Shown here: piece by piece, positions 13,296-23,056 of the stretch | Layout of the letters: every line of letters begins with the position of its first letter | How positions within the stretch are numbered: position 1 is the stretch's first letter | NCBI GenBank assembly: GCA_963734555.1 | Contig: CAVTHQ010000010.1 | Coordinates: forward strand, 21,896 to 85,895 | Length of the DNA stretch: 64,000 nt | Source: Ilumatobacteraceae bacterium | GTDB lineage: Bacteria > Actinomycetota > Acidimicrobiia > Acidimicrobiales > Ilumatobacteraceae | Direction: 5' to 3' | Position numbers and translations under genes: made by a program | Notes under the pieces: model-generated | What the model was told of the DNA's origin: nothing | The model's input: only the letters and a program-made list of their open reading frames with translations | The model's database searches: none

Positions 13296-14104
13296 GACGG
13301 CACGTCGCACCGATCGGCCGTTGCCGCTGCCGGCGCTCGCACTTGCCGCGATCGCGGTCGCCTTCTTCGCGTTGCCGTTGGCCGGGCTGATCAGCCAGGG
13401 CACCGTGGGGTGACTCCGTTTCGATCCTGCGCACCAAAGCCGTGCGGCAGGCACTGCGGCTGTCGATCGTCTGCAGCCTGTGCGCGACGGCGTTGTCGGC
13501 GGTGTTCGGATTGCCTCTCGCTTGGTTGCTCGCCCGCCGCCGGTTCGTCGGCCGTTCGGTGGTGCGGGCGTTGTGCACGTTGTCGATGGTCTTGCCACCG
13601 GTCGTGGGTGGTGTCGCCCTGCTGTTCGCGTTGGGCCGCCACGGGCTGGTCGGTCAGTGGCTCGATCGCTGGTTCGACGTGCACTTGCCGTTCACCTCGG
13701 CTGGAGTCGTCGTGGCCCAGACGTTCGTCGCCATGCCGTTCTTCATCGTCACCGTCGAAGCGGCAATTCGACAAGCGGATCCCGGTCACGACGACGCCGC
13801 GCGCACGCTCGGCGCCAGCAGTTGGTACTCCTTCCGACGGGTGACACTTCCGGCGATCCGCTCCGCGTTGGTGGCCGGAGCGGTGCTGTCGTGGGCGAGA
13901 GCGTTTGGAGAGTTCGGGGCGACGATCATGTTCGCGGGCAGCTTTCCCGGCAAGACGCAGACGTTGCCGCTGACGATCTACCTCACCCTCGACACCAATC
14001 AGAAGCAGGCGATGGTGCTCGCCCTGCTGATGGTTGCCGTCTCCTTTGCGGTTCTCGTTGCCTTGCGCGACCGGTGGTTGGGTGGGGGAGAGCTGACGAC
14101 GTGA
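13285..14104 (+). pseudogene. modB: Molybdate ABC transporter permease ModB, frame-broken near 13391-13410 (or a shorter intact form from GTG 13442)
   Basis: The body (13442..14104) has the ABC permease EAA-type loop AARTLGASSWYSFRRVTLP. A typical actinobacterial ModB N-terminal TM segment (LPALALAAIAVAFFALPLAGLIS) sits upstream in the -1 relative frame and ends at TGA 13411-13413. Skipping one base joins ...GLIS to RAPWGDSVSIL. Confidence 0.75.
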
Positions 14105-15156
14105 CGTTGCGCGCCCACATCGTGGTCGCTCGTGGATCGCTGAACCTCGACGTGTGGCTCAACGCCGCGCCAGGCGAAGTGGTCGCCCTCCTCGGGCCGA
14201 ACGGAGCCGGAAAGACGACCATCCTGCGCTGTCTCGCCGGGCTGCTGGCGATCGAACGAGGGTCGATCGCGATCTCCGGCGATGTGGTCGACGATCCGAC
14301 AGCGGGCGTGTTCGTGCGATCGGAACAGCGTTCGTGTGGCGTGATGTTCCAGCAATACCTGCTCTTCCCGCACATGTCGGTGCTCGAGAACGTGTCGTTC
14401 GGTTTGCGGGCGAAGGGCATCGACAAGGCGTCGGCACATGACCAGGCGCGCGCCTGGCTCGCCCGTGTGGGCAGCGAGGGGCTCGAGCGATCGCGGCCAG
14501 CGCAGCTCTCCGGCGGTCAGGCCCAGCGAGTTGCGTTGGCCCGCGCCCTCGCCTCCGAGCCGAAGGTGCTCTTGCTCGACGAACCGCTCGCCGCCCTCGA
14601 CGCGGCGACCCGAGTCGAGGTGCGCCGTGAGTTGCGGACGCATCTCGACGGGTTCGAGGGCTCGGCAGTGCTCGTGACGCACGATCCTGTCGATGCCTAC
14701 ACGCTGGCCGATCGGGTGGTCATCGTCGAGAACGGACATGTCGTGCAGGACGGCACCTTCGTGGAGATCACCGCTCATCCCCGGTCGCAGTACGTGGCCG
14801 AGCTCGTCGGCGTGAACCTGCTGACCGGATCGATGATGGGCGGCGTGTTCGCCGTCGATGGCGGGGCCATGCTGGTGGTTGCCGCCGAGGATGTCGATGG
14901 TGCGGCCATCGCCGTGATCCGTCCGCAGGCAGTTTCGCTGCATGCCAACCGGCCGGACGGCAGCCCGCGCAACATGTGGCGGGCGGCGGTCATCGATGTC
15001 GACCATCGCGGCGAGCGGGTTCGTGTGCGCCTGGAGGGCCCGATCCAACTGACGTCGGAGATCACTGCGGCCGCGGCCTCGGCATTGGGGATCAAGGTCG
15101 GCCTCGAGCTGTGGGCGGCCGTCAAGGCCACCGAGATCGCCGTCACCCTCAACTGA
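14101..15156 (+). CDS. modC: Molybdate ABC transporter ATP-binding protein with C-terminal TOBE domain
   Basis: GTG 14101 overlaps the modB stop (GTGA). Walker A GPNGAGKTT, LSGGQAQRV, LLLDEPLAALD. The C-terminal roughly 110 aa are TOBE-like. Confidence 0.85.
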   Translation: MTLRAHIVVARGSLNLDVWLNAAPGEVVALLGPNGAGKTTILRCLAGLLAIERGSIAISGDVVDDPTAGVFVRSEQRSCGVMFQQYLLFPHMSVLENVSFGLRAKGIDKASAHDQARAWLARVGSEGLERSRPAQLSGGQAQRVALARALASEPKVLLLDEPLAALDAATRVEVRRELRTHLDGFEGSAVLVTHDPVDAYTLADRVVIVENGHVVQDGTFVEITAHPRSQYVAELVGVNLLTGSMMGGVFAVDGGAMLVVAAEDVDGAAIAVIRPQAVSLHANRPDGSPRNMWRAAVIDVDHRGERVRVRLEGPIQLTSEITAAAASALGIKVGLELWAAVKATEIAVTLN

Positions 15157-15171
15157 CCCGTCGCCATCCCT

Positions 15172-15267
15172 CCTTGGGCGCGATTCCGGTACCGAGAGTG
15201 CTCACACCGCGCCCAAGCAGCTTCCTTGGGCGCGGAAGAGGAACTGGGAGTGCCGGAATCGCGCCCA
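15172..15267. promoter_or_regulatory. Four alternately oriented copies of TGGGCGCG/CGCGCCCA forming nested or mutually exclusive stems upstream of hbd
   Basis: A 15-bp perfect inverted repeat, TGGGCGCGATTCCGG (15175-15189) and CCGGAATCGCGCCCA (15253-15267), encloses an 11-bp perfect hairpin, CCGCGCCCAAG (15207-15217) and CTTGGGCGCGG (15225-15235). TCCTTGGGCGCG is repeated directly at 15171 and 15223. Confidence 0.4.
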
Positions 15268-15296
15268 TGCGGGCTTGGTCTGGCAAGATCCTGGCC

Positions 15297-16148
15297 ATGT
15301 TGATCGAGAGAGTTGGCGTGGTCGGGTGCGGTCTGATGGGCTCGGGCATCGCCGAGGTTGCCGCCCGTGCCGGGCTCGAGGTGACCGTCACCGAGAGCTC
15401 GCCGGCGGCGGCCGAGGCAGGCATGGCCAGGGTCGCCAGCTCGTTGAAGCGGGCGCTCACCTCCGGCCGTCTGACCGAGGCCGACCACGAGGCGACCTGG
15501 CAGCGGCTGGCATTCGGCCACGAGCTCGAGGCACTTGCCGATTGCGATGTGGTCGTCGAGGCCGTGGCCGAGCACGAGCCGACCAAGATCGACGTCTTCG
15601 GCCGTCTCGATGCGCTGTGCAAGCCCGAGACCGTGCTGGCGTCGAACACATCGAGCATTCCGATCATGAAGTTGGCCAGAGCGACCAAGCGCGAATCCCA
15701 AGTGATCGGCATCCACTTCTTCAACCCGGTGCCGGTGCTGCCTCTGGTCGAACTGGTCACCTCGCTGCTGACGTCGCCGCAAACGGCGAGCGACATGGAG
15801 AAGTTCGCAACCGAGCGCCTCAACAAGACCGTCATCCGCTCGCGTGACCGCGCCGGGTTCATCGTCAACGCCTTGCTGATCCCCTACATCCTCGCCGCGA
15901 TCAGGATGCTCGAGTCGGGCTTCGCCACCGCCGACGACATCGACACCGGCATGGTCAAGGGCTGCGCCCATCCGATGGGTCCGCTGCGGCTGGCGGACCT
16001 GATCGGTCTCGACACCGTCAGAGCGGTTGCCGAGTCGTTGTACGACGAGTTCAAAGAACAGCTGTACACGCCGCCGTCGTTGCTGCTGAGGATGGTCGAA
16101 GCGGGTCTGCTCGGCCGCAAGGCCGGCCGCGGCTTCTATGAGTACTGA
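15297..16148 (+). CDS. hbd: 3-hydroxybutyryl-CoA / 3-hydroxyacyl-CoA dehydrogenase
   Basis: ATG 15297. Rossmann motif VGVVGCGLMGSGIA, and SNTSSIPI, HFFNPVPVLPLVE, AGFIVNALL motifs of the HAD family. Confidence 0.9.
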   Translation: MLIERVGVVGCGLMGSGIAEVAARAGLEVTVTESSPAAAEAGMARVASSLKRALTSGRLTEADHEATWQRLAFGHELEALADCDVVVEAVAEHEPTKIDVFGRLDALCKPETVLASNTSSIPIMKLARATKRESQVIGIHFFNPVPVLPLVELVTSLLTSPQTASDMEKFATERLNKTVIRSRDRAGFIVNALLIPYILAAIRMLESGFATADDIDTGMVKGCAHPMGPLRLADLIGLDTVRAVAESLYDEFKEQLYTPPSLLLRMVEAGLLGRKAGRGFYEY

Positions 16149-16767
16149 GCGCGACAGCCGCCTGCAGTGGATCTACGCGGCACAGGATGCCGAGGAGCTC
16201 CGCGAGCGGTACGACGTGTGGGCGGCCGACTACGACAGTGATCTCGACGCGCTGCAATGGCAGGCGCCACAAGCTGCCGCCGATCGCTGTCACCACGTCG
16301 CCGAACCCGAGGCGTCGATACTCGATGCCGGTTGCGGTACGGGACTCGTCGGCGTCTCGTTGGCCGCACTCGGCCACGATCGAATCGTCGGCTTCGACCT
16401 GTCGCCGGGCATGTTGGCGAAGAGCGCGGCACGCGGCGTGTATGCCGAGTTGGTGCAGGGCTCGCTGCTCGATCGCCTGCCGTTCGATGATGGCCGCTTC
16501 GGGTGCGTCGTCGCGGTCGGAGTGTTCACGTTCGGCCACGTCGACAGCTCGGCGTTCGCCGAAGTAGCACGCGTCACCGCTTCAGGCGGACATGTCGTGA
16601 TCGCCTTTCGCGACGACGTCGTTGATCGTCTCGGCTACCGAGCAGAGCAGCAGCGCCTGATCGACGACGGCACGTGGGAACTGGTGGAGGTGACCGAACC
16701 GCTCGCGCTGCTGCACGAGGAGGGCGACGACGTTCCTATGCGAGTTTGGACGTGGCGGGTGCGGTAG
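16138..16767 (+). CDS. Class I SAM-dependent methyltransferase
   Basis: Motif I ILDAGCGTGLVG; 209 aa. The start overlaps the hbd stop. Confidence 0.8.
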   Translation: MSTERDSRLQWIYAAQDAEELRERYDVWAADYDSDLDALQWQAPQAAADRCHHVAEPEASILDAGCGTGLVGVSLAALGHDRIVGFDLSPGMLAKSAARGVYAELVQGSLLDRLPFDDGRFGCVVAVGVFTFGHVDSSAFAEVARVTASGGHVVIAFRDDVVDRLGYRAEQQRLIDDGTWELVEVTEPLALLHEEGDDVPMRVWTWRVR

Positions 16768-17405
16768 TCCGCAATCCGGCGACTGGCCGCTGACCGAGAG
16801 GTCGATCGAGCGTCCCCGGGGCAAGACCGACCTCGGCCTCGAGCGCCGTCATCGCCCAGTCGACCACCACGCCGCGCTCGATCACACCAGGGTGGGCGGC
16901 CAGCTGCAGGCTCAACCCGTCGAGCAACGAGAGCACCCGCCACGCGGTCGCGTCGGGGTCGTCGCAGACCATGGCGCCGACCTCGACGCCCTCGACGATC
17001 GTCGAGGCGATCAGTCGTTGCCAGGCCACGTTGAGACGTTGCGATGTGGCCCCGAGGGCCGGACGGCGGCTGGCCTCGGCCCAGGCATCGAGCCACAGTT
17101 GGAAGGCGCAGTCCTCGTCGCTGCGGGTGTAGGAAGCGAAGAACGCCGCAAGCCTGCCGGTTGCAGTGTCGCAATTGCGCATCGCCACTTCGGTGTTGGC
17201 CAGGTCGGCGCCGGCAGCCTCTTCGAACGCAGCCGCGAGCACCGTCGTCCATCGAGGAGAAGTAGTGATGGATGAGCCCGCTCGACGTGCCCATCTCGGC
17301 GGCGACCTCGCGCACCGTCGTGTTGGCCATGCCCTTGGTCGAAGCGACGCGCAGGGCCGCGGCGATGATCTCTTCGCGGCGAGCGGTCGGGCTCAGACGG
17401 GTCAC
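16736..17405 (-). pseudogene. TetR-family transcriptional regulator with a +1 frame break at about 17243
   Basis: The HTH part (REEIIAAALRVASTKGMANTTVREVAAEMGTSSGLIHHYFSSMDD) runs in frame from 17405. The ligand-domain part (VLAAAFEEAAG...) starts at 17242 in the next frame. One extra base at 17243 separates GAC GAC from GTG CTC. Confidence 0.8.
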
Positions 17406-17459
17406 GGTTGAACTCTACCCTTATTGCGCATCTGTCCAACAGCGGTCTACCATCCTGGG

Positions 17460-18659
17460 ATGGTCTTGACGACGCCGTTCCACGAACGCCTCGCCCCACT
17501 GAACCAGACGCAGTTGTGGTCGCACTGGTCGGGGTACCTCTCGGCAGTGAAGTACCAGATGGCCGACAAGTTCGAGTACTTCGCAGTGCGCAACTCGGCC
17601 GGGTTGATCGACACCTCGCCGCTGTACAAGTACCGGTTCGGAGGCCGCGATGCGGCCAAGTTCCTCGGCGCCGTGTTGGCCCGCGACATCGGCGCGTGCC
17701 GCGACGGCCAGGCGCAGTACACGTTGTGGCTCGACGAGCGCGGCTACGTGGTCGAAGACGGGGTCATCATCAAGTTCGCGGCCGACGACTTCATCCTCAC
17801 GTCGGCCGAGCCGAACCTGGCGTACTTCCAGCGGCTCGTCGGTTACGACAAGGTCGAGATCTCCGACGTCTCGGCCGACTACGCCTCGTTGGCCGTGCAG
17901 GGGCCGAAGTCTCGTGAGATCCTGGCGTCGCTCGATCCGCAGATCGGTGGCCTCGGGTTCTTCCACCACGGTCCGGCGAAGATCGGCAACGTGCCGGTCC
18001 ATGTTTCCCGCACGGGCTACACCGGCGATCTCGGCTACGAGCTGTGGGTCGGCACCGACGGAGCGATCGAGATGTGGGACGCGGTGCACGAGGCGAGTCT
18101 CGGGCGCGGCGTGCTGCCCGTCGGACAGAGTGCGTTGCTGATGACCCGCATCGAGGCGGGGCTGGTGCTGATCGGCGTCGACTTCCACTCGAGCAGGTTC
18201 GCCTTCAACGACGACCAGTGCTCGACCCCGATCGAGCTCGGCTTCGGATGGATGTTCCGCGACCTGGCCTCGTCGACGCGCAGGTTCATCGGTCGCGCGG
18301 CGGTGGAACGCGAGCTCGCCGAGAAGACGTCGCGCTGGAAGATGGTCGGGCTGCTCATCGATTGGAGGGACTGGGATCGCCACTACGGCGATGCCGGGTT
18401 GATCCCACCGAAGGACGAGACACCCGTCGTCTACGAGATGATGCTGTACGCCGACGACGGGGCACGCGTCGGCTACACGACCAGCTTCATGTACTCGCCG
18501 ATGTTGCAGCGCCACATCGCCATGGCCAGAGTGCGCCCCGATCTGGCTGCCGTCGGGTCGAAGGTCAACCTCGAAGTGACGATCAACCACCGCTATCACA
18601 CCGTTGCCGCGGAGGTCGCTCGGCCACCGCTGTTCAACCCACCCAGAAAGACGGCCTGA
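17460..18659 (+). CDS. Aminomethyltransferase (GcvT) family folate-binding protein
   Basis: YFAVRNSAGLIDTSPLYKYRF, SLAVQGPKSREIL and SRTGYTGDLGYELW motifs of the GcvT fold. The start is taken at MVLTTPFHE. Confidence 0.8.
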   Translation: MVLTTPFHERLAPLNQTQLWSHWSGYLSAVKYQMADKFEYFAVRNSAGLIDTSPLYKYRFGGRDAAKFLGAVLARDIGACRDGQAQYTLWLDERGYVVEDGVIIKFAADDFILTSAEPNLAYFQRLVGYDKVEISDVSADYASLAVQGPKSREILASLDPQIGGLGFFHHGPAKIGNVPVHVSRTGYTGDLGYELWVGTDGAIEMWDAVHEASLGRGVLPVGQSALLMTRIEAGLVLIGVDFHSSRFAFNDDQCSTPIELGFGWMFRDLASSTRRFIGRAAVERELAEKTSRWKMVGLLIDWRDWDRHYGDAGLIPPKDETPVVYEMMLYADDGARVGYTTSFMYSPMLQRHIAMARVRPDLAAVGSKVNLEVTINHRYHTVAAEVARPPLFNPPRKTA

Positions 18660-18663
18660 CGCA

Positions 18664-20259
18664 ATGCCTACCTCACGTTCCTTCGACGCGATCGTCATCG
18701 GTGGTGGCCACAACGGATTGGTCAACGGCGCGTACCTCGCCAAGTCGGGCCTGCGCACGTTGATCATCGAGCGACGGCACATCGTCGGTGGTGCAGCGAT
18801 CACCGAGGAGCTGATCCCCGGGTTTCACTTCACCACCTTCTCCTATGCACTCAGCTTGTTGCGTCCCGACATCATCCACGAACTGGAGTTGACCAAGCAC
18901 GGGTTCATGCCGATCCAGATGCCCAGCGCGTTCGCGCCGATGGAGGACGGCGACTACCTGTTGATGGGGACGGATCGCAACGAGAACCTCAAGCAGATCG
19001 CCCGGCACTCGAAGCACGATGCCGACGCGATGGATCAGTACGAGTTCGACATGGCCCAGGTCTGCCAGGCGTTGAAACCTTTGATGGACGCTGCGCCGCC
19101 GAACCTGTTCGGCAACGACCCCGCCGACGCGCTGCAGTTGGCCGATCTGGCCAAGCGCCTGAAGGCCTTGCCATCGCGTGTGCTGCAGAACTGCATCCGC
19201 TTGTTGACCGGCAGCTCCGCCGACTTCCTCGACGACTACTTCGACAGCGACATCATCAAGGGGTGGTTGTCGTCGTCGAGCATCATCGGCAGCAAGGTCG
19301 GTCCGCGCTCGCAGGGCTCGGGCCTGGTGCTGCTGTTCCACAACCTCGGCGAACACGACGGCCACTTCGGCTCGTGGGCATTCCACAAGGGCGGCAATGG
19401 GGGATTCACTCAGGTGCTGGCGCGAGCGGCGCAGGCGTTCGGCGCCGAGATCGTCGTCGACACCCCCGTCAGCCATGTCATCACCAGCAACGGCCGCGCA
19501 ACTGGTGTCGCCCTCGAAGACGGAACCGAACTGAAGGCGAAGGTGGTCGTCAGCTCGCTCGACCCGCGGCGCACGTTCACCCAGTTGGTGGATCCGGCCG
19601 ACCTGCCGAGCGAGCTCAACGAGAGCATCAGCCGGTTCCGCTTCCAGGGCACGTCGGCCAAGGTCAACTTCGCCCTCGACGGATCGCCCCGCTACCCGGC
19701 GCTGGGCGACCGCACCGACCAGTTCCGCGGGTTCACCAACATCGGTCCGTCGATGGACTACCTCGAGCGAGCCTTCGACGATGCCAAGTACGGCTGGTAC
19801 AGCAAGCGGCCGTACATCGACGCCTGCCTGCAGTCCTTCGTCGATCCCGACATGGCCCCGCCCGGCAAGCACGTGATGTCGTGCTTCGTGCAGTACGCGC
19901 CGTACGAGTTGCGAGGCAGCGATTGGGATGCCGAGCGGCAGAACTTCGGCGACACCGTGCAGGCCACGCTGGAATCGTTCTTCCCCGGCTTCGGTGATCT
20001 CGTGTTGCATCGCGAAGTCGTGACTCCGCTCGACATCGAGCGCGTGGTCGGGCTCACCGAGGGCAACATCTTCGCCGGCGAGTTCCTGGCACCGCAGATG
20101 TACTTCTTCCGTCCCGCACCCGGCTGGAACCAGTACCGCACCCCGATCAAGGGTTACTACCAGTGCGGCTCGGGCACGCACCCCGGTGGATGCGTTTCCG
20201 GCGGTCCGGGCAAGTTGGCCTCGCAGCAGATCATCGGAGACCTCGCCGCCAAGCGTTGA
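18664..20259 (+). CDS. Phytoene-desaturase-like NAD(P)/FAD-dependent oxidoreductase
   Basis: ATG 18664. Dinucleotide fold FDAIVIGGGHNGLVNGAYLAKSG. The C-terminal YYQCGSGTHPGGCVSGGPG is typical of the CrtI-like family. Confidence 0.8.
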   Translation: MPTSRSFDAIVIGGGHNGLVNGAYLAKSGLRTLIIERRHIVGGAAITEELIPGFHFTTFSYALSLLRPDIIHELELTKHGFMPIQMPSAFAPMEDGDYLLMGTDRNENLKQIARHSKHDADAMDQYEFDMAQVCQALKPLMDAAPPNLFGNDPADALQLADLAKRLKALPSRVLQNCIRLLTGSSADFLDDYFDSDIIKGWLSSSSIIGSKVGPRSQGSGLVLLFHNLGEHDGHFGSWAFHKGGNGGFTQVLARAAQAFGAEIVVDTPVSHVITSNGRATGVALEDGTELKAKVVVSSLDPRRTFTQLVDPADLPSELNESISRFRFQGTSAKVNFALDGSPRYPALGDRTDQFRGFTNIGPSMDYLERAFDDAKYGWYSKRPYIDACLQSFVDPDMAPPGKHVMSCFVQYAPYELRGSDWDAERQNFGDTVQATLESFFPGFGDLVLHREVVTPLDIERVVGLTEGNIFAGEFLAPQMYFFRPAPGWNQYRTPIKGYYQCGSGTHPGGCVSGGPGKLASQQIIGDLAAKR

Positions 20260-20341
20260 TGCCGTTCGCCAGACACGAACCTGCGTGGTGGTCGCCGCAC
20301 AACCCCAAGGTACGGTTCGGCCAGTCCAACGGGGGTTGAAG

Positions 20342-21522
20342 ATGACCGAGATCGAAGCGACTGACACGAAGTCGGCCGGCCACGCGGGCGCTGAGCCATT
20401 TCGGTTCTTCGACAACCGCGAGAAGTACCTGCTGTTCGTCATGACCACCAGCGAGAAGGCCGAGGTCGCGGCGCGCATCGGTCGGGAGCTGGGCCACATC
20501 GCCCCGCGACCGCCGGCCCTGCGCGTGTTCGATGCCGGCACCGGCAACGGCATGGTGCTCAGCCAGGTGCTGCGCGATCTGCACCGCAGGCTGCCGACCG
20601 TTCCGTTCTTCGTCGTCGGCAAGGAAGTCAGCATGGAAGACACCCGGCTGACGCTGGCGACGCTGCCCGATCGGCTGGCCGAGCATCCGCAGTCGGTGGT
20701 CGTGCTGACCAACATGTTCTACGCCGAGGCGCCGACGTTGTTCCCGAGGGCGGCGGCATTCCACGACAAGGTGCGCTGGATCGACGTGCCGCTGAAGGGC
20801 GATACGGCGCACGAGTTCTTCCAGCAGATCCACGAGCTCGACCACCACCTCACGCAGGGCTGGCAGACGGCGTCGAGCCCGAAGACCGGGCAATCCGGTG
20901 TACGTCACGCCGTCGGTCATGGTGCTGTATCGCGATGATCAGGCCTTTGCCCTCAACGATCTGATCCCGCGCCCGACCGGTGGTCCGCAGCCGTTCGAGT
21001 ACGACCTCGTGCTGGCCGCCCAGCCGTACCGCAGCCGCACGTCGGCCGAGACGAAGGTCAAGAACGTGCTGGCGCCGTTGGCCAAGGCGCTCGCCCCTGC
21101 TGGCCGGCTGGTCGTCGTCCAGTCGACGGGTCACGACCCGGGCATGGAGATCATCAGGCGGATCTGGCCGGCGGAAGATCCGTTCGCCACGCCGCGCCAC
21201 ATGCTGATCCAAGAGCTCGACACCCAGTTGAACGCACTCGACGAGCCCGCACCGGTTCGGGTTCGAGGGCACCAGCGACGCCGCCTCGCTGTTCACCTAT
21301 CACCTGCACGCCATGCCCAACGAGGTGTCGAACCGCATCAGCACGTCGACGACCATGGCCGCATGGAACGCCGCGGTCTACGTGGCCCAGATCGAAGACG
21401 AACGCAGTGCCGACGTGCTGATGGAGGGCAAGTACCTCGACGCCACGGCAGAGGTCGTGCTGAAGCACGGCGGGCTCTGGTTTCAGGACGAGTCCTTCGT
21501 CGTGGTACGCCATGCGTCGTGA
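20342..21522 (+). pseudogene. Conserved hypothetical protein with a methyltransferase-like DxGxGxG motif; two +1 frame breaks (about 20890 and 21250)
   Basis: Three consecutive frames carry protein-like sequence: MTEIE...RVFDAGTGNGMV...QTASSPKTG, then NPVYVTPSVMVLYRDD...LNALDEP, then HRFGFEGTSDAASLFTYHLHAMPNEV...VVVRHAS. The stop overlaps the ybaK start (GTGA). Confidence 0.6.
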
Positions 21523-22007
21523 ACCCACAGGAACAGGTCGTCGATCATCTTCGCCAGATGGGCGTCGATCACGAGATCGTTCCCTGCGACCCCGCCCTCG
21601 CTGACACCGCGGCGTTCTGCGAGGCGTACGGCTACTCGCCCGACGACTCTGCCAACACGATCATCGTCGTCGGCAAGGGCGAAGTTCCCCGCCCCGTGGC
21701 GTGCGTGGTGCTGGCCTCGTCACGCCTCGACGTGAACGGTGTCGTGCGGCGGCGCCTCGGGGTGCGCAAAGCCTCGTTCGCCTCGGCCGACGAGACGATG
21801 CAGCTGACCGGGATGGAGATCGGCGGCGTCACGGCGTTCGCCCTTCCCGACGGTCTGCCGATCTGGATCGACGCTGCCGTGATGGCTCGCCAGCGGATCA
21901 TCCTCGGTGGCGGCAGCCGATCGATCAAGGTGCTGACACCACCGTCGACGCTGGCCCTGCTCGACAACGCGACGGTGGTCGACGACCTGGCTCGCCCTCG
22001 CGAATGA
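21519..22007 (+). CDS. ybaK: YbaK/EbsC-type aminoacyl-tRNA editing (deacylase) domain protein
   Basis: 162 aa. ANTIIVVGKGE...VACVVLASSRLDVNG...LTGMEIGGVTAFAL...IILGGGSRSIKV matches the YbaK fold (family knowledge). Confidence 0.75.
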   Translation: MNPQEQVVDHLRQMGVDHEIVPCDPALADTAAFCEAYGYSPDDSANTIIVVGKGEVPRPVACVVLASSRLDVNGVVRRRLGVRKASFASADETMQLTGMEIGGVTAFALPDGLPIWIDAAVMARQRIILGGGSRSIKVLTPPSTLALLDNATVVDDLARPRE

Positions 22008-23056
22008 CGCTGCGGCGGGCATCGCTGGTGGTGACCGCCGACGACAGCACCGGCGCGACGGAGGCCGCCGCAGCCTGTGCCGACGCCGGGTGGATCGTCG
22101 AAGTGGTTCCCTTCGGCGTGGCGTCGTCGACCGGTGGCTGCGTCGTGGTCGACCTGCGGTCGCGGCACATCGACCCCGACGAGGCGCGGCAGCGAATCGC
22201 CGCGGTCGACACCGACGCCCGACGCGTGCACAAGATCGACTCCACACTCCGCGGCAATTGGGCTGCAGAGCTGTCGGCTCTGGTCGCGGTCGGGCGTCGG
22301 ATCGTGCTGATCCCGTCGCATCCACCGGCCGGGTCGCGTGTGCACCGGGGGAGTGGTGTTCGTCGATGGCGTGCCGGTCGCCGAGAGCGAGCACGGCAAC
22401 GATCCGCGACTGCCCGTGCGTACGAGTCGGCCGAGTGAGCTGTTGCCCGCCGTCGACCTGGCCGGGCCGGCCGAGCTCGCCGCGTGGCTCGTCGAATCGG
22501 AGGCGAACGTTGCGATCGTCGATGCGCTCGACGCTCGACGACATCGACCGCCTCGTGGCCGCCGCGCTGCAGTCGGAGAACGTGGTCATCGCCGGCTCGG
22601 CCTCGGTGGTCGGCGCCGTGGCCCGGGCATGCTCGCCCAGCGCGATCGCACCAGCGCTTCCCGATCCACTGCTTGCCGAAGCCCGTCGTCGCCGTGTGCG
22701 CCAGCCTGCACCCGGCAAGCCGAGCACAGATGCAGGCACTGGCCGCCGCAGGGATCGATGTGGTGGTGTCGTCCGACGACCGCCGCGATGATCCCGAGGC
22801 CGTCGCCGCCGAGGTGGCCGAGCGCGCCCACGCGCTGGTCGCCGCGATCGGAGCGCGCAGCGTGATCCTGGTGGGCGGCGACACTGCGGCGGCCTTCATC
22901 GGTGACAGCGTGGTTGCCGTGTTCGGTTCGATCGACGTCGGCATCAGTTTGGGCGAGGCCGAGATCCGTGGCAGACGGCTGCGACTCGCCGGCAAGCCCG
23001 GCGGCTTCGGCACATCCAATACGCTGGTGGACCTGGTGACGAGAGGATCGCGGTGA
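22004..23056 (+). pseudogene. Four-carbon acid-sugar kinase (DUF1537, OtnK/DtnK-like) with three +1 frame breaks (about 22333, 22527-22540, 22678)
   Basis: The N-terminal signature VVTADDSTGATE, then PAG/RVCTGGVVFVDGVPVAESEHGNDP, IVDA...LDDIDRLVAAALQSENVVIAGSASVVG and KPVVAVCASLHPASRAQMQAL...ILVGGDTAAAF...KPGGFG lie in four successive frames (position mod 3 = 2, 0, 1, 2). Confidence 0.75.

Noticed and set aside
13171-13300. Molybdenum-cofactor riboswitch upstream of modB, and a glycine riboswitch upstream of the GcvT-like gene (17406-17459)
   Set aside because: There is no room for either. The modB upstream region is coding (the enoyl-CoA hydratase ends at 13295), and the GcvT-like leader is only 54 nt with no conserved riboswitch-like helices.
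22527-22540. Exact 7-nt tandem duplication CTCGACG CTCGACG as the cause of the second frame break in the DUF1537 kinase. This would argue for a genuine slippage mutation.
   Set aside because: Deleting one copy does restore the frame (VDALDDIDRLV). Removing a single base also restores it, and it keeps four residues between DA and D(I/L), which matches my recollection of the family motif better. The repeat may therefore be coincidental. The question is left open under the global frame-break finding.
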